Source of the DNA: Acidimicrobiia bacterium
GTDB lineage: Bacteria > Actinomycetota > Acidimicrobiia > Spongiisociales > ZC4RG35
NCBI GenBank assembly: GCA_965203555.1
Contig: CBDBCY010000004.1
Span: 1,664,001 to 1,728,000, forward strand
Reading direction: 5' to 3'
DNA length: 64,000 bases
In this document: positions 30,701-40,102 of the stretch, piece after piece
Layout of the letters: the number at the start of each line of letters is the position of its first letter
Numbering within the stretch: position 1 is the first letter of the stretch
Program-made: the position numbers and the translations under genes
Notes under the pieces: model-generated
Database searches by the model: none
What the model was told of the DNA's origin: nothing
Seen by the model: the letters and a program-made list of their open reading frames with translations, nothing else

Positions 30701-32740
30701 CTAGCCGCGCCTCCACCAACGACCCTTCTGGCGCAGTGGCCGGTTGAGGAAACTCTCCAGGCTTTTTCGGTGCAGCACCGTCCGATCACCGCCGCTGGCG
30801 GCTTCGTCTATAAGGGTGGAGGGGAGGTCGTCCCAGGCGAAGGCGCGCCTGCCGAAGGCGTCCCGCTGTTCCCAGACTATGACGTTGTTCCCGTCGACGG
30901 TCCACCCGGTAGGACTGTCGCCTTCCCGCTTGGCGTAAGCCGACAGTCTCAGCAGGGCGAGGACCCGGTCTCTGACCCGGTCGTAACGTTTGTCGGCGTA
31001 GTCGAGCCAGGTTACTTCTCGGCACCAGTGCGGCGGGGGCCCCTCGGTCGCTTCCGTCAGAATGGCGCCGAGCACCGACGACGAGACCGCCAACCAGTCC
31101 TCGGGAAGACGGTCCAGTTCCAGGCGCTCCATGACATCCGACAGGTAGCGTCGGTAGAGGTGACCGGTCAGTCCTCCCCGGATTTGCTGGACGTCACCCT
31201 GAAGGGTTTGCCGGAGACCTTCCTTGTGAGCGGGAAGGGCGGTGGTGGTGTAGATCATCATGCTGCGTTTGGCGATCTCGTCGGGAAAGGAGTGCGGCTC
31301 GGCGTTCATCGACAGGACGAACCCGGGGTACTCGGTCACCGAGGGCGGCAGCTCGTCTTTGATCATGTCCTTGCCGTGCTGGTTGAAGGCTCTCCTGCCC
31401 ACGTCGTCGAAGACCACCGGGTGACGCCGGTAGGCGTGCTGCAGACCGCGCAGTTGGGCGGTGGTGAACCCCCTCTTGTCGACCGTGTGGGGGCGACCGA
31501 ACATGGAAGTCGTCAGGGTATCCACCAGGCTGGTCTTGCCGCAATTGGACTTGCCGAAGATGATGGCGAAGCTGGGATAGCGAACCACGTCGCTGTCCCG
31601 CAGATGCGCCAGTGAACGGAGGTCGCAGATGAAGGGCGAGAAATACAGCCAGGCCATCAGAGTGAAATAGTCACGCTGCAGAGTGGGTACGTCACCCTCG
31701 AACGCCCCCTCGTAGTTTGCGAAGAAGTCCAGAATCAGCCTGGCGTCGGAACGGACCGACGGGTCGTCCCGGCGGAGGGAAAAGTCCTCTCCGGACAACA
31801 CCGCCCTGCCGTTGCTTCTGTCTATCGAGAAGTAGCGAGTGTCCGCTTGGTCGCTCGATTTGACGAGACGAATGCGGCTCAGTTCCCTCTTGACGATCGG
31901 GGTGATCCTCTGCTTCCCGGCCCGGAAGGTCGGGATGGCCGCGGCCAGGCGCGGCTTCAACACGGCAGCCACCTTCTCCACCCGCTCCATCTGTACCGGC
32001 GCCGACACCTCGACGTCGGCCGGATCGGGCGCTTCGATGATCACCGTGGCGGAGTCGTCCGACAACACCGGGGCGTCCGTCACCTCGATCTCGGCCTGGG
32101 CTATTCGCTCCTTCGGAAGCGGAATCTCATCGGCGCCCGTATCCCGGATGGCGGCGAACATGCGACCGTAATGACTCCACGCCGCCTCGTCGTTGTCGAA
32201 CACCACCAGGGTCTCGGGCTGGATACCGGAAAAGGCTCGCTCCGACAGGTTGGCCGAGCCCACGATGACCCGCGTCCCGTTCCCGCCCGACAACAGATAC
32301 AGCTTGGCGTGGGCCACGTACTGGCGAAGGACCCAGAACCTGGCCTGCCCCTTGGCGATCTTCCCCAGGATGCGCCGGTGTCGTTCGTCCCGCAGGCCCA
32401 TGATGGCCGCCCGGGTCTGTCCGGTCACCACCTTTTGGAAGGCGAGCACATCCAAGAAGTTGCCGAGCACGCCCTCGCTTCCGAACACGCACTCGAAGCT
32501 TTCGAAAGAAAAGTCGTCGAGCATCCTGACCACGGCCGAGCTGCTGGCCGAATACGTGAGGACCCGTAGACTGTCGTATCCTTCGAATAGCGACCAGTCG
32601 AACTTCTCCTCGTCCACGAACCGCGCACGCACCACCCGCAGCCCGGCGCCATCATCCAGTCCGAGAGTCTGGGTTAAGGCGGGAAATGACACTCGGTAAT
32701 CACCTCTTGGTCGTCCTGCAAGCCGCCGCGTGACGTTCAC
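30701..32740 (-). CDS. Phospholipase-D-family nuclease fused to a P-loop NTPase
   Basis: 'AHAKLYLL...IVGSANLS' (HxK/GSxN), Walker A 'GKSNCGKT', Walker B 'VVFDD'. Confidence 0.8.
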   Translation of the reverse strand: MNVTRRLAGRPRGDYRVSFPALTQTLGLDDGAGLRVVRARFVDEEKFDWSLFEGYDSLRVLTYSASSSAVVRMLDDFSFESFECVFGSEGVLGNFLDVLAFQKVVTGQTRAAIMGLRDERHRRILGKIAKGQARFWVLRQYVAHAKLYLLSGGNGTRVIVGSANLSERAFSGIQPETLVVFDNDEAAWSHYGRMFAAIRDTGADEIPLPKERIAQAEIEVTDAPVLSDDSATVIIEAPDPADVEVSAPVQMERVEKVAAVLKPRLAAAIPTFRAGKQRITPIVKRELSRIRLVKSSDQADTRYFSIDRSNGRAVLSGEDFSLRRDDPSVRSDARLILDFFANYEGAFEGDVPTLQRDYFTLMAWLYFSPFICDLRSLAHLRDSDVVRYPSFAIIFGKSNCGKTSLVDTLTTSMFGRPHTVDKRGFTTAQLRGLQHAYRRHPVVFDDVGRRAFNQHGKDMIKDELPPSVTEYPGFVLSMNAEPHSFPDEIAKRSMMIYTTTALPAHKEGLRQTLQGDVQQIRGGLTGHLYRRYLSDVMERLELDRLPEDWLAVSSSVLGAILTEATEGPPPHWCREVTWLDYADKRYDRVRDRVLALLRLSAYAKREGDSPTGWTVDGNNVIVWEQRDAFGRRAFAWDDLPSTLIDEAASGGDRTVLHRKSLESFLNRPLRQKGRWWRRG

Positions 32741-33026
32741 AGTGTCGTTTGATCTTCATCCGCAGCATTCGACGTCCTTGCGCTCGGCTACCCGGCGGGT
32801 ACCCAAGGATAGATTCGTGGCGGCATCGGGGACTGCCGGGTGATGCGCCTGCCGGTTCGGATATGCCGGATATTCTGCCCGGGGAGCGTGACGGTGCGAT
32901 CCGATATCCGATCAGATACCTCTGGCCTGCCCTTGAGTCCGCCGATGTCTCTATACTGTTGAAACGACAGGAGGAAAGCGACCCGGCAGGGGCCGCGAAG
33001 GTATCGCTACAAGGGAAGGAACCGAA

Positions 33027-33386
33027 ATGGGCGTTACGTACGCTTCAGCAATTATTCGGAATGCCGCTGAGCCGGACAGATTCTGGGAGGGCGAGTTCCT
33101 GGTGGACTCCGGCGCAACGGACTCACTGGTGCCCAGACAACATCTGGAAGCTATCGGCTTGAAGCCCAGGGGCCGCCGGATGTATGAGATGGCCGACGGC
33201 AGCGAGATTGCAATGGACGTGACGACTGCCGAGGTGGAGATCATGGGAGAGATCGTCGGTACCAGGATCGTGTTCGGAGAAGCCGACATCGAGCCCCTGC
33301 TCGGGGTGACGGTTCTCCAATCGGCCGGGATCGCCATTGATCCCCGTAGCGAGTCCCTTTATAAACGACCGTCCGTGCGACTCTAG
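33027..33386 (+). CDS. Clan AA aspartic protease (AF_0612-like)
   Basis: 'FLVDSGATDS', 'EPLLGVTVLQSAG'; AAGGA SD. Confidence 0.85.
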   Translation: MGVTYASAIIRNAAEPDRFWEGEFLVDSGATDSLVPRQHLEAIGLKPRGRRMYEMADGSEIAMDVTTAEVEIMGEIVGTRIVFGEADIEPLLGVTVLQSAGIAIDPRSESLYKRPSVRL

Positions 33387-34417
33387 ATGATTAGTTCCAA
33401 GGGGTGTTTGGGTTAATACCTTGTTTTGAGGGTGGGGGTGTCCAGAATCCGGGGGTGTAAAACTCTCCCGATCCCGGAGGACCTGGTATGAACCCGAACC
33501 TGGACACCCTCGCTACCGCATTGTACGTGACCATAGACGATCTGTTGATCCGAAACACCCATTGGGTTCCCCACCGGCCCGTGGTGGGAATAACTCCGAA
33601 ACTGTCCGATGCCGAGTTGATCACCTTGGCGGTTGTCCAGGCGATGTTGGGATACACAGCAGAGGCCCGTTTCCTCCGCTACGCCCGCGCCCATCTGAAA
33701 CCCTGGTTCCCGTACCTACCCACCCGACCGGCCTACAACAAGCGTCTGCGCCGCAGCACCCGGACGATGCAACACATCATAGACTATCTCAGTCGGATGT
33801 CCCCATCGTTCCATGATGACCTGTGGCTGATGGACTCCACCCCCATCGAATGCGGACGAAGCCGCCAAACCGTCCAACGCTCGGAACTGGCAGGCTGGGC
33901 CGAATACGGCTACAGCGCCTCCCACTCACGATACTTTTGGGGTCTGCGCCTCCACCTCATCGCTACCCCGTCCGGTCTGCCTATCACCTGGGCCCTCACT
34001 CCCGCCAAAACAGACGAACGCGACATCGCCCTGGACATGCTGGCCCGAAGCGGCCTAGCCCGCCCAGGTCAGACCATCATCGCCGACAAAGGATACCGAC
34101 GCAAAAGCTTCGAGCAGACCCTCAACCAGGCCGGTATCACCCTCATCCGACCAGCCACCAAAACAGAACAGCCCCGACCCGCACAACGGTACCTCCGCCC
34201 CTTCCGCCAAATCATCGAATCGGTCAACAACACCCTCAAAACCCAACTCGATCTCGAACGCCACGGCGGACGCACCAAACCAGGAGTCATAGCACGCATC
34301 CTGCAACGCCTCCTCGCCCTCACCGCAGCAATCTGGCACAACCAAACCACCAACCGACCAGGACCAGCCCGCTCCCTCATCGCATACGACCACTAACCCC
34401 TTGGAACTAACCATCTA
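33384..34417 (+). mobile_element. IS982-family insertion sequence
   Basis: 22-bp terminal IRs tagatgattagttccaaggggt / accccttggaactaaccatcta (1 mismatch), with CTAG at both ends. Confidence 0.9.
33488..34396 (+). CDS. IS982-family transposase
   Basis: 'LYVTIDD', 'PKLSDAELITL', 'MDSTPI', 'IIADKGY', 'RQIIESVN' (DDE). Confidence 0.92.
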   Translation: MNPNLDTLATALYVTIDDLLIRNTHWVPHRPVVGITPKLSDAELITLAVVQAMLGYTAEARFLRYARAHLKPWFPYLPTRPAYNKRLRRSTRTMQHIIDYLSRMSPSFHDDLWLMDSTPIECGRSRQTVQRSELAGWAEYGYSASHSRYFWGLRLHLIATPSGLPITWALTPAKTDERDIALDMLARSGLARPGQTIIADKGYRRKSFEQTLNQAGITLIRPATKTEQPRPAQRYLRPFRQIIESVNNTLKTQLDLERHGGRTKPGVIARILQRLLALTAAIWHNQTTNRPGPARSLIAYDH

Positions 34418-35527
34418 GTGGTGCGTCGCGGTTTTGGTTTGGTGGAGGGCTGCGCGTCCTCGTTGGAATTTGGTGATGATTTCTTGTGCGGTTTTGTGCC
34501 AGATGAAGGGTTTGGGGTTTTGGTTCCAGTGGTCGGTCCAGGTGTTGATCGCTTCGATGAGCTGTCCGACGCTTCGGAAGCTGTCCCGGCGTAGCCGTTT
34601 TTGGGTGAGTTCCCGGAACCATCTTTCGACCAGGTTCAGCCACGACGCCGAAGTGGGCGTGTAATGGGTGTGCCAGCGGTCCCGACGGCGGGGATGCTCC
34701 AGCCAGCGGGTGACGTTGGCATGCTTGTGAGCGGCGTAGTTGTCGATCACCAGATGCACGTCCAGATCGGATGGGACATGACGTTCGATCAGTCTCAAAA
34801 AGCCCAAAAACTCCTGGTGACGATGTCTGGGTCGACAATCGGCGATGATCTTCCCCGTGGCGGTGTCCAACGCCGCGAACAAAGTGGTGGTGCCGTTGCG
34901 TTTGTAGTCATGGGTCATGGTCCCCGCCCGCCCGGGTTTCAGCGGCAGGGACCTCTGGGAGCGTTCCAGCGCCTGGATCTGGGACTTTTCGTCCACGCAC
35001 AACACCACCGCCCGTTCGGGCGGATTCATGTACAAACCCACCACGTCCACCAACTTCTCCTCAAAACGAGGATCATTGGACAACTTGAACGTCTCGATCT
35101 TCCACGGTTGCAGTCCCCGCGCTTTCCAGATACGAGCCACGGTGTCCTTTCCCACCCCAAAACGGGCCGCCATCGTCCTGGTCGACCAATGCGTCGACCC
35201 GTCCGCCGGGCGGGTACCCAACGTGTCCGAAACGATCTGTTCCACCACCTCCTGGCTGATCACCGGGGGACGGCCCCGACCCGGACGGATCACCCCCACC
35301 CCGTCAACACCGTCCTCGGAGAAACGTTTCCGCCAAGCCCGGACCGTGTTCGACGACACCCCCACCCTCCGGGCGGTCTCCTCGTTGGCCACACCATCAG
35401 CAGCCAACAACAGGCCCCTGGCCTGGCGAACCCGCCGAAACGGCAACGATTCCGACCTCGCTATCTGTTCCAACGCAGCACGCTGCTCAACCGACATCTC
35501 CAACGGGGGCGCAATAAAAACAGGCAT
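34415..35527 (-). CDS. IS630-family transposase
   Basis: 'HWSTRTMA', 'VDEKSQIQALER', 'THDYKRNGTTTLFAAL', 'DNYAAH', 'SWLNLVERWF'. Confidence 0.95.
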   Translation of the reverse strand: MPVFIAPPLEMSVEQRAALEQIARSESLPFRRVRQARGLLLAADGVANEETARRVGVSSNTVRAWRKRFSEDGVDGVGVIRPGRGRPPVISQEVVEQIVSDTLGTRPADGSTHWSTRTMAARFGVGKDTVARIWKARGLQPWKIETFKLSNDPRFEEKLVDVVGLYMNPPERAVVLCVDEKSQIQALERSQRSLPLKPGRAGTMTHDYKRNGTTTLFAALDTATGKIIADCRPRHRHQEFLGFLRLIERHVPSDLDVHLVIDNYAAHKHANVTRWLEHPRRRDRWHTHYTPTSASWLNLVERWFRELTQKRLRRDSFRSVGQLIEAINTWTDHWNQNPKPFIWHKTAQEIITKFQRGRAALHQTKTATHH

Positions 35528-35571
35528 ACCACAACATTAACCCACTCAACTACAAAACCGACGCACCACTA
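34416..35571 (-). mobile_element. IS630-family insertion sequence
   Basis: IRs tagtggtgcgtcg..gttttg at both ends; TA within CTAG duplicated. Confidence 0.9.
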
Positions 35572-35586
35572 GGGCGGCCTGAGCCG

Positions 35587-36144
35587 TCAGGTGGAGGGGT
35601 GGCGGGGTTCGGAGAGAATCCGGCGGACCATGGGCTCGAAGAACTCAAGCGGCTCGGTGGGATAGTCGGGATCGAACGAGACCTGGTCGTAGTCGGCACA
35701 GAACTGCACCGTGCGTTCGTACAGGGGATGGTCCCGGTACCGGTCCCGCGCGTCGGGGTCTCGCCCGTAGTGGTGGGCGTAGTACTTCTCCTGGAAGATC
35801 CCGTGGTACTTGACGATCCAGTAGTTCTCCTCCGACACGTAGGGACGCAACAGCGCAGCGGCCACCTCCGAATGGTTGGCGGGACCCAGGACATCGCCGA
35901 TGTCGTGGAGGAGTGTCACCACCACCATCTCCTCGTCCTCGCCGGCCCGGTGGGCGCGGGTGGCGGCTTGCAGGGAGTGACCGAGGCGGGTGATCTTGTA
36001 TCCGGTGTGCTCGTCCATGGAACGGAGCCACGCGAGCACCCGGTCCGGGAACTCGTCCAATTCTTCCTGCTCGTACCCGGTCAGGAGTGCGTAGTCCTCG
36101 GCCGTACCGTCCGACATTTTGGTGAAAGAAACCGTTACGTCCAT
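35587..36144 (-). CDS. HD-domain protein (PhnZ/TmpB-like metal-dependent enzyme)
   Basis: 'HSLQAATRA', 'LLHDIGD', 'NH', 'YDQVSFDPDY'. Confidence 0.8.
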   Translation of the reverse strand: MDVTVSFTKMSDGTAEDYALLTGYEQEELDEFPDRVLAWLRSMDEHTGYKITRLGHSLQAATRAHRAGEDEEMVVVTLLHDIGDVLGPANHSEVAAALLRPYVSEENYWIVKYHGIFQEKYYAHHYGRDPDARDRYRDHPLYERTVQFCADYDQVSFDPDYPTEPLEFFEPMVRRILSEPRHPST

Positions 36145-36199
36145 CAGACCACCCCTTTACGAAGAGCCACATTGGAGGCTGTGGACCACGCCTGCTTCC

Positions 36200-37087
36200 C
36201 TACCGCATTTTATTGCCGGAATCCCCGGCCCGCACCCCGTCCGGGCTGTTATCCCACGACGATCTCACCTTCGGACGGCCGTGAAGGGTCAAACCTCCCA
36301 ACACCACGACCGCGATACCGACGGTTTGCATCCAGGTCAGGCTCTCTCCCAGCACCAGCCACGCCACCGCGGAGGACACCACCGGCTGGGCGGTGAGGAC
36401 TGTCCCCACCGTGCCCGGACCGGCGCGGGCCACCGAGGCAATCTCCAGCAGAATTCCGGCGGCGCTGGCCGCGGCGGCAATGCCCAGCACCAACCACTTC
36501 GAAAACGGCAGGTCGATGGGTCCTATCCCGGAGATCGGCAGTATCAGCACCGCGGCGGAGGCCCTGAACCACACCCCGATGGTTATCGGCGAAAGGCCCC
36601 CGAGGCGGTCCACCAAAAGCAGATAACCCCCCATGAACACTGCCGAGCCGATTCCGGCGGCAATGCCGATCGGATCGGCCCTCTCCCAGGTCCAGGTCTC
36701 GGTCGCCAGGGAGACACCCAGGAAAACGATGCCCGCCGCGGCCCACGCCCTGAACGGCACGGGGACACTCTGTTTCACCTGCGTCCAGATGAGAACCGTG
36801 GGGACCATGATGAAGGCGAACGTGGCCGAAGGACCCGGGCCGAGACGGGAGAGACTCACGTAATACAGCACCGTGGCGGCGACGACGCACACCCCCAGAA
36901 GTAAAAGTGTTCCCATACGGCCTCGCGGGTGCAGAGCCTTCCTCCACCATCCGATGACCATGAAGATTGCAAAGCCCGCCAGGTTCATCCGGAAGGTCAT
37001 CTCCAAAGTGGTGTGGTGGGAGAACAGGTCGAACACGCACACGGATACCACGGCGAACAGGACAGTGGAGATGGCCGCCATAGTCAT
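36200..37087 (-). CDS. DMT/EamA family transporter
   Basis: About 10 hydrophobic segments; C-terminal 'PVVSSAVAWLVLGESLTWMQTVG'. Confidence 0.8.
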   Translation of the reverse strand: MTMAAISTVLFAVVSVCVFDLFSHHTTLEMTFRMNLAGFAIFMVIGWWRKALHPRGRMGTLLLLGVCVVAATVLYYVSLSRLGPGPSATFAFIMVPTVLIWTQVKQSVPVPFRAWAAAGIVFLGVSLATETWTWERADPIGIAAGIGSAVFMGGYLLLVDRLGGLSPITIGVWFRASAAVLILPISGIGPIDLPFSKWLVLGIAAAASAAGILLEIASVARAGPGTVGTVLTAQPVVSSAVAWLVLGESLTWMQTVGIAVVVLGGLTLHGRPKVRSSWDNSPDGVRAGDSGNKMR

Positions 37088-37248
37088 CCCTCTCCCCGCG
37101 TGGGGACGGACGTAAGACTCGGTCGGTCGGACGGGCCCTGCCGCCTGGGCCGCCGCGTTGCTGGGCTTTCTGATGGGTCGGCTCCTTGCCGCGTAGAGGA
37201 CTACTCCTGTTCGCCCGCCGGACGCTCACGCATACAAGACCCTATCGC

Positions 37249-39036
37249 TCAGGTGTTCAGTTCGGCGGTGCGCAGCGGTAAACCCTCGGCGCCGTTGAGC
37301 ATGGCGGTGAGCGGCGCCACCTCCTCTTCCCAGCCGGGACTGGCCAGGATTCCCAGGCGGTCGGCGGTCGGGGTTAGGAAGAAACCCTGCTCCTCGTCGG
37401 CTTCGAAACGGTCGCGATCCACGAACAGCCGCGGCTTGACCACCGCCGGATCGCCTTCCTCCGGGCAGAAGGTCAGGCAGTTTCCACACTCGTTGCACAG
37501 CTCGGCCAGGATGAAGTACTGCCACCGGTCGGTCATCTCGTCCTTGAGTTCCGGGACGGTGGCCAGCCGGATCACCGCATCGTTGGGGCAGACGGTGACG
37601 CAGAAGTTGCAGGCCACGCATCCCCACATCTGCAGCTCCTTGTCCAGCGCCCGGGGCAGTTTTTCGTTGCCCGACAGGTGGTAGAAGCCGGTGTCGTCAC
37701 CCTCGGTCATGGCCATGACGTGCGCCTCCACCGGACCTCGGTGCCCGGTGGCCTGGGCCTCCCGCCACTTGTGATGATGCCAGGACCCCAGATCGGTGGC
37801 CCCGACCTTTCGCATTTCCATCGCCAGGCGGTTGAGCATCGGCGCCAAGCGACCGTAACCGCCCGGTTTGAGCAGATCCGAGCAGATGGTGACCGGCGCC
37901 ACTCCCATCCCCAGCGTGTCGGTGAGGTTGTCCCTGCTGACGCCGGCCGAGAAGCTCACCTGGACGTCGCCGCCGTGGCCCGCCAGGTTGAAAACCCCCG
38001 GTAGGGCGCAGATCAACTCGTCCAGCAAGGTCGAGGTGATGACGTGCAGCGGCGGTCCTGACAGGTACATGGGATCGTCGGGCATCCACCCCTTGTCGTT
38101 GCCCACCACCAGGGTGTTGCTCAGCTTGATCCCGAACTTCCTCCCGTGCCGGCGGGCGAATTCCCGCAGTCCCTCGATCAACTCCAAGCCCTGATCGAAC
38201 TGCAGGTCGTCCACGAAAGCCTGCGGCAACAGGGGAACGTGGTCGTAGCCGAGCGTCTCGTGGAGGATCTCCTGGACCCGGGCGATGCCCAGCAGAGTGG
38301 GATTGAGTTTCACGATCACATCGCACTCGTGACGGGTCATCAGGTGCTTGGTGATGGCGTCGATCTCGTGCGGGGGGCACCCGTGGAAGGTGGAGAGCGT
38401 CACCGTGTCGGCGATCCGGGACGGGAAGTCGAGGTCCCGAAGATGGGCGAACGGCTCGGGTATCTGAGGACGGAAGGAGTCGATCCGGTCCTTGGCGTTC
38501 TTCATCTCCACGATGAAACTGGAGACCTTTTCGGTGGAAATCCCCGCCAGGTCGTAGCCCACCGACATGTCGAAAACGTAAGACCCCGGATCGGGACCCA
38601 TAATCTCGGACACCGGCGCCCAGTTGCTCAGGATCCGGATCATCATCCAAGCCTTCACGTATTCGATCAGGGACTCCTCCACCCGCAGTTCCTGGCTCCA
38701 TTCGATGTTGTACCCGATGGTCTGCATATCGATGCAGGGCCGGCCGATCTCCAGGCGATCGAGGACCTGTACCGTCTTCAATTCGAACAGCCGCGATCCT
38801 CCCAGCCAGGAGAGCACGATGTTCTGGGCCATCTGGCTGTGCGGGCCCGCCGCCGGGCCGATGGGAGTGGCGCAGGGGCGTCCGAGGAAGGAAAAGCTCA
38901 GGTCCAGATCGGTTGGCCTTTTCCAGATCCTGGCCCTTAGAAGATCGAATATCCGCTGCCGGGACTCCCATTCGGAAGCCACCCTCCCCAGCAACAGATC
39001 CAACGGATAGGGAGTCAATGGATCGGCGCCGGACAT
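37249..39036 (-). CDS. YgfK-like protein: N-terminal domain plus 4Fe-4S dicluster, lacking the central oxidoreductase domain
   Basis: 'TPIGPAAGPHSQMAQNI', 'TLSTFHGCPPHEI', 'KLNPTLLG', 'CVACNFCVTVCPN', 'CNECGNCLTFCP'. Confidence 0.8.
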   Translation of the reverse strand: MSGADPLTPYPLDLLLGRVASEWESRQRIFDLLRARIWKRPTDLDLSFSFLGRPCATPIGPAAGPHSQMAQNIVLSWLGGSRLFELKTVQVLDRLEIGRPCIDMQTIGYNIEWSQELRVEESLIEYVKAWMMIRILSNWAPVSEIMGPDPGSYVFDMSVGYDLAGISTEKVSSFIVEMKNAKDRIDSFRPQIPEPFAHLRDLDFPSRIADTVTLSTFHGCPPHEIDAITKHLMTRHECDVIVKLNPTLLGIARVQEILHETLGYDHVPLLPQAFVDDLQFDQGLELIEGLREFARRHGRKFGIKLSNTLVVGNDKGWMPDDPMYLSGPPLHVITSTLLDELICALPGVFNLAGHGGDVQVSFSAGVSRDNLTDTLGMGVAPVTICSDLLKPGGYGRLAPMLNRLAMEMRKVGATDLGSWHHHKWREAQATGHRGPVEAHVMAMTEGDDTGFYHLSGNEKLPRALDKELQMWGCVACNFCVTVCPNDAVIRLATVPELKDEMTDRWQYFILAELCNECGNCLTFCPEEGDPAVVKPRLFVDRDRFEADEEQGFFLTPTADRLGILASPGWEEEVAPLTAMLNGAEGLPLRTAELNT

Positions 39037-39061
39037 GTCTACAACTTCCTTCCTTTACATC

Positions 39062-39107
39062 TCACAGGCGGGCATGGAGACGGGTCACAGGCGGGCATGG
39101 AGACGGG
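39062..39107. repeat. 23-bp perfect tandem duplication spanning the amidohydrolase stop codon
   Basis: tcacaggcgggcatggagacggg at 39062-39084 and 39085-39107. Confidence 0.95.
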
Positions 39108-40101
39108 CCGCCTGTTCGGCGGCCTTCGCCCGCACCTCATCGGGGTCGACCCGCAGGGCCCGACCATCTTCCAACACCACCTCGCCGTCAACCTCCACGC
39201 GCAGAGGCCGGACACCCGGGGTGAACGCCAAGTGCCAGGGACCCATGGGATCGTATGACCAGACCACCCGATCCTCCCTCGCTTCGGGGAACAGTTCCCA
39301 GCCGGCCTCCAGCCATGACCACGCCGTCTCCGGCGAGGCCGTGACATCGTCCTCCCGCATCCGCAGGTAGGCGGCCCGGAAAGCCCCGATCATGTCCCCC
39401 CCGATCCCGTCCGTTCCCAGCGCCACAGGGTTGGGGAACCTGGCGGGGCGAGCATAACCCACCCCGTTGTTCATATTGGATTCGGGATTGTGCAGAATGG
39501 TCCCCTCCAACTCCCGGTCGAGATGGACACCGTGCGCCAGCAACCAGTCTGCCTGCGATCTGGGCTGCAGACGGCGCCCCGCCTCGGGGTCCTCCACTCC
39601 CTCCGCCACGTGGATGTGCACTCCCATCCCCAGATCCTCGGCCAGCCCGCACAACTCGTCCAGGGTTTGGTCGGACAGGGTGAAACAGGCATGGGCGCCC
39701 ACCCATCCCCTCCCTCCCTCCGACAGGAACCGGCGGTTCTCCTCCAGGCCCCGGCGGGCCCCGTCGGGCCCGTGGCGGTCGGTGACCTCGTAGGCGCAGG
39801 CCACCCTCACCCCCACCTCGGCGCAGGCGTCGGCGATCAGGGTGAGAGACCCCTCGATCGCAGAAGGGGAGGCGTGGTGGTCCACGATGGCGGTGGTACC
39901 CCGCTCCAATGCCTCCAGGGCGCCCAGCTTGGCCGACCAGTAGACCATCTCGTCATCCAGGGCGACATCCAGCCGCCACCAGACCTGTTCCAGTATCTCT
40001 CCAAAGCTGCGTGGGGTCCGGGGCGGAGCGGGCATGCCCCGTGCGAGGGCGGAGTAGAGATGATGATGAGCGCAGACCAGCCCGGGGGTTTCCCGGCCCA
40101 T
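39085..40101 (-). CDS. SsnA-like metal-dependent amidohydrolase
   Basis: 'PGLVCAHHHLYSALARG', 'VDHHASP', 'GAHACFT', 'HIHVAEG', 'PESNMNNGVG', 'LGTDG'. Confidence 0.85.
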   Translation of the reverse strand: MGRETPGLVCAHHHLYSALARGMPAPPRTPRSFGEILEQVWWRLDVALDDEMVYWSAKLGALEALERGTTAIVDHHASPSAIEGSLTLIADACAEVGVRVACAYEVTDRHGPDGARRGLEENRRFLSEGGRGWVGAHACFTLSDQTLDELCGLAEDLGMGVHIHVAEGVEDPEAGRRLQPRSQADWLLAHGVHLDRELEGTILHNPESNMNNGVGYARPARFPNPVALGTDGIGGDMIGAFRAAYLRMREDDVTASPETAWSWLEAGWELFPEAREDRVVWSYDPMGPWHLAFTPGVRPLRVEVDGEVVLEDGRALRVDPDEVRAKAAEQAARLHARL

Positions 40102-40102
40102 G

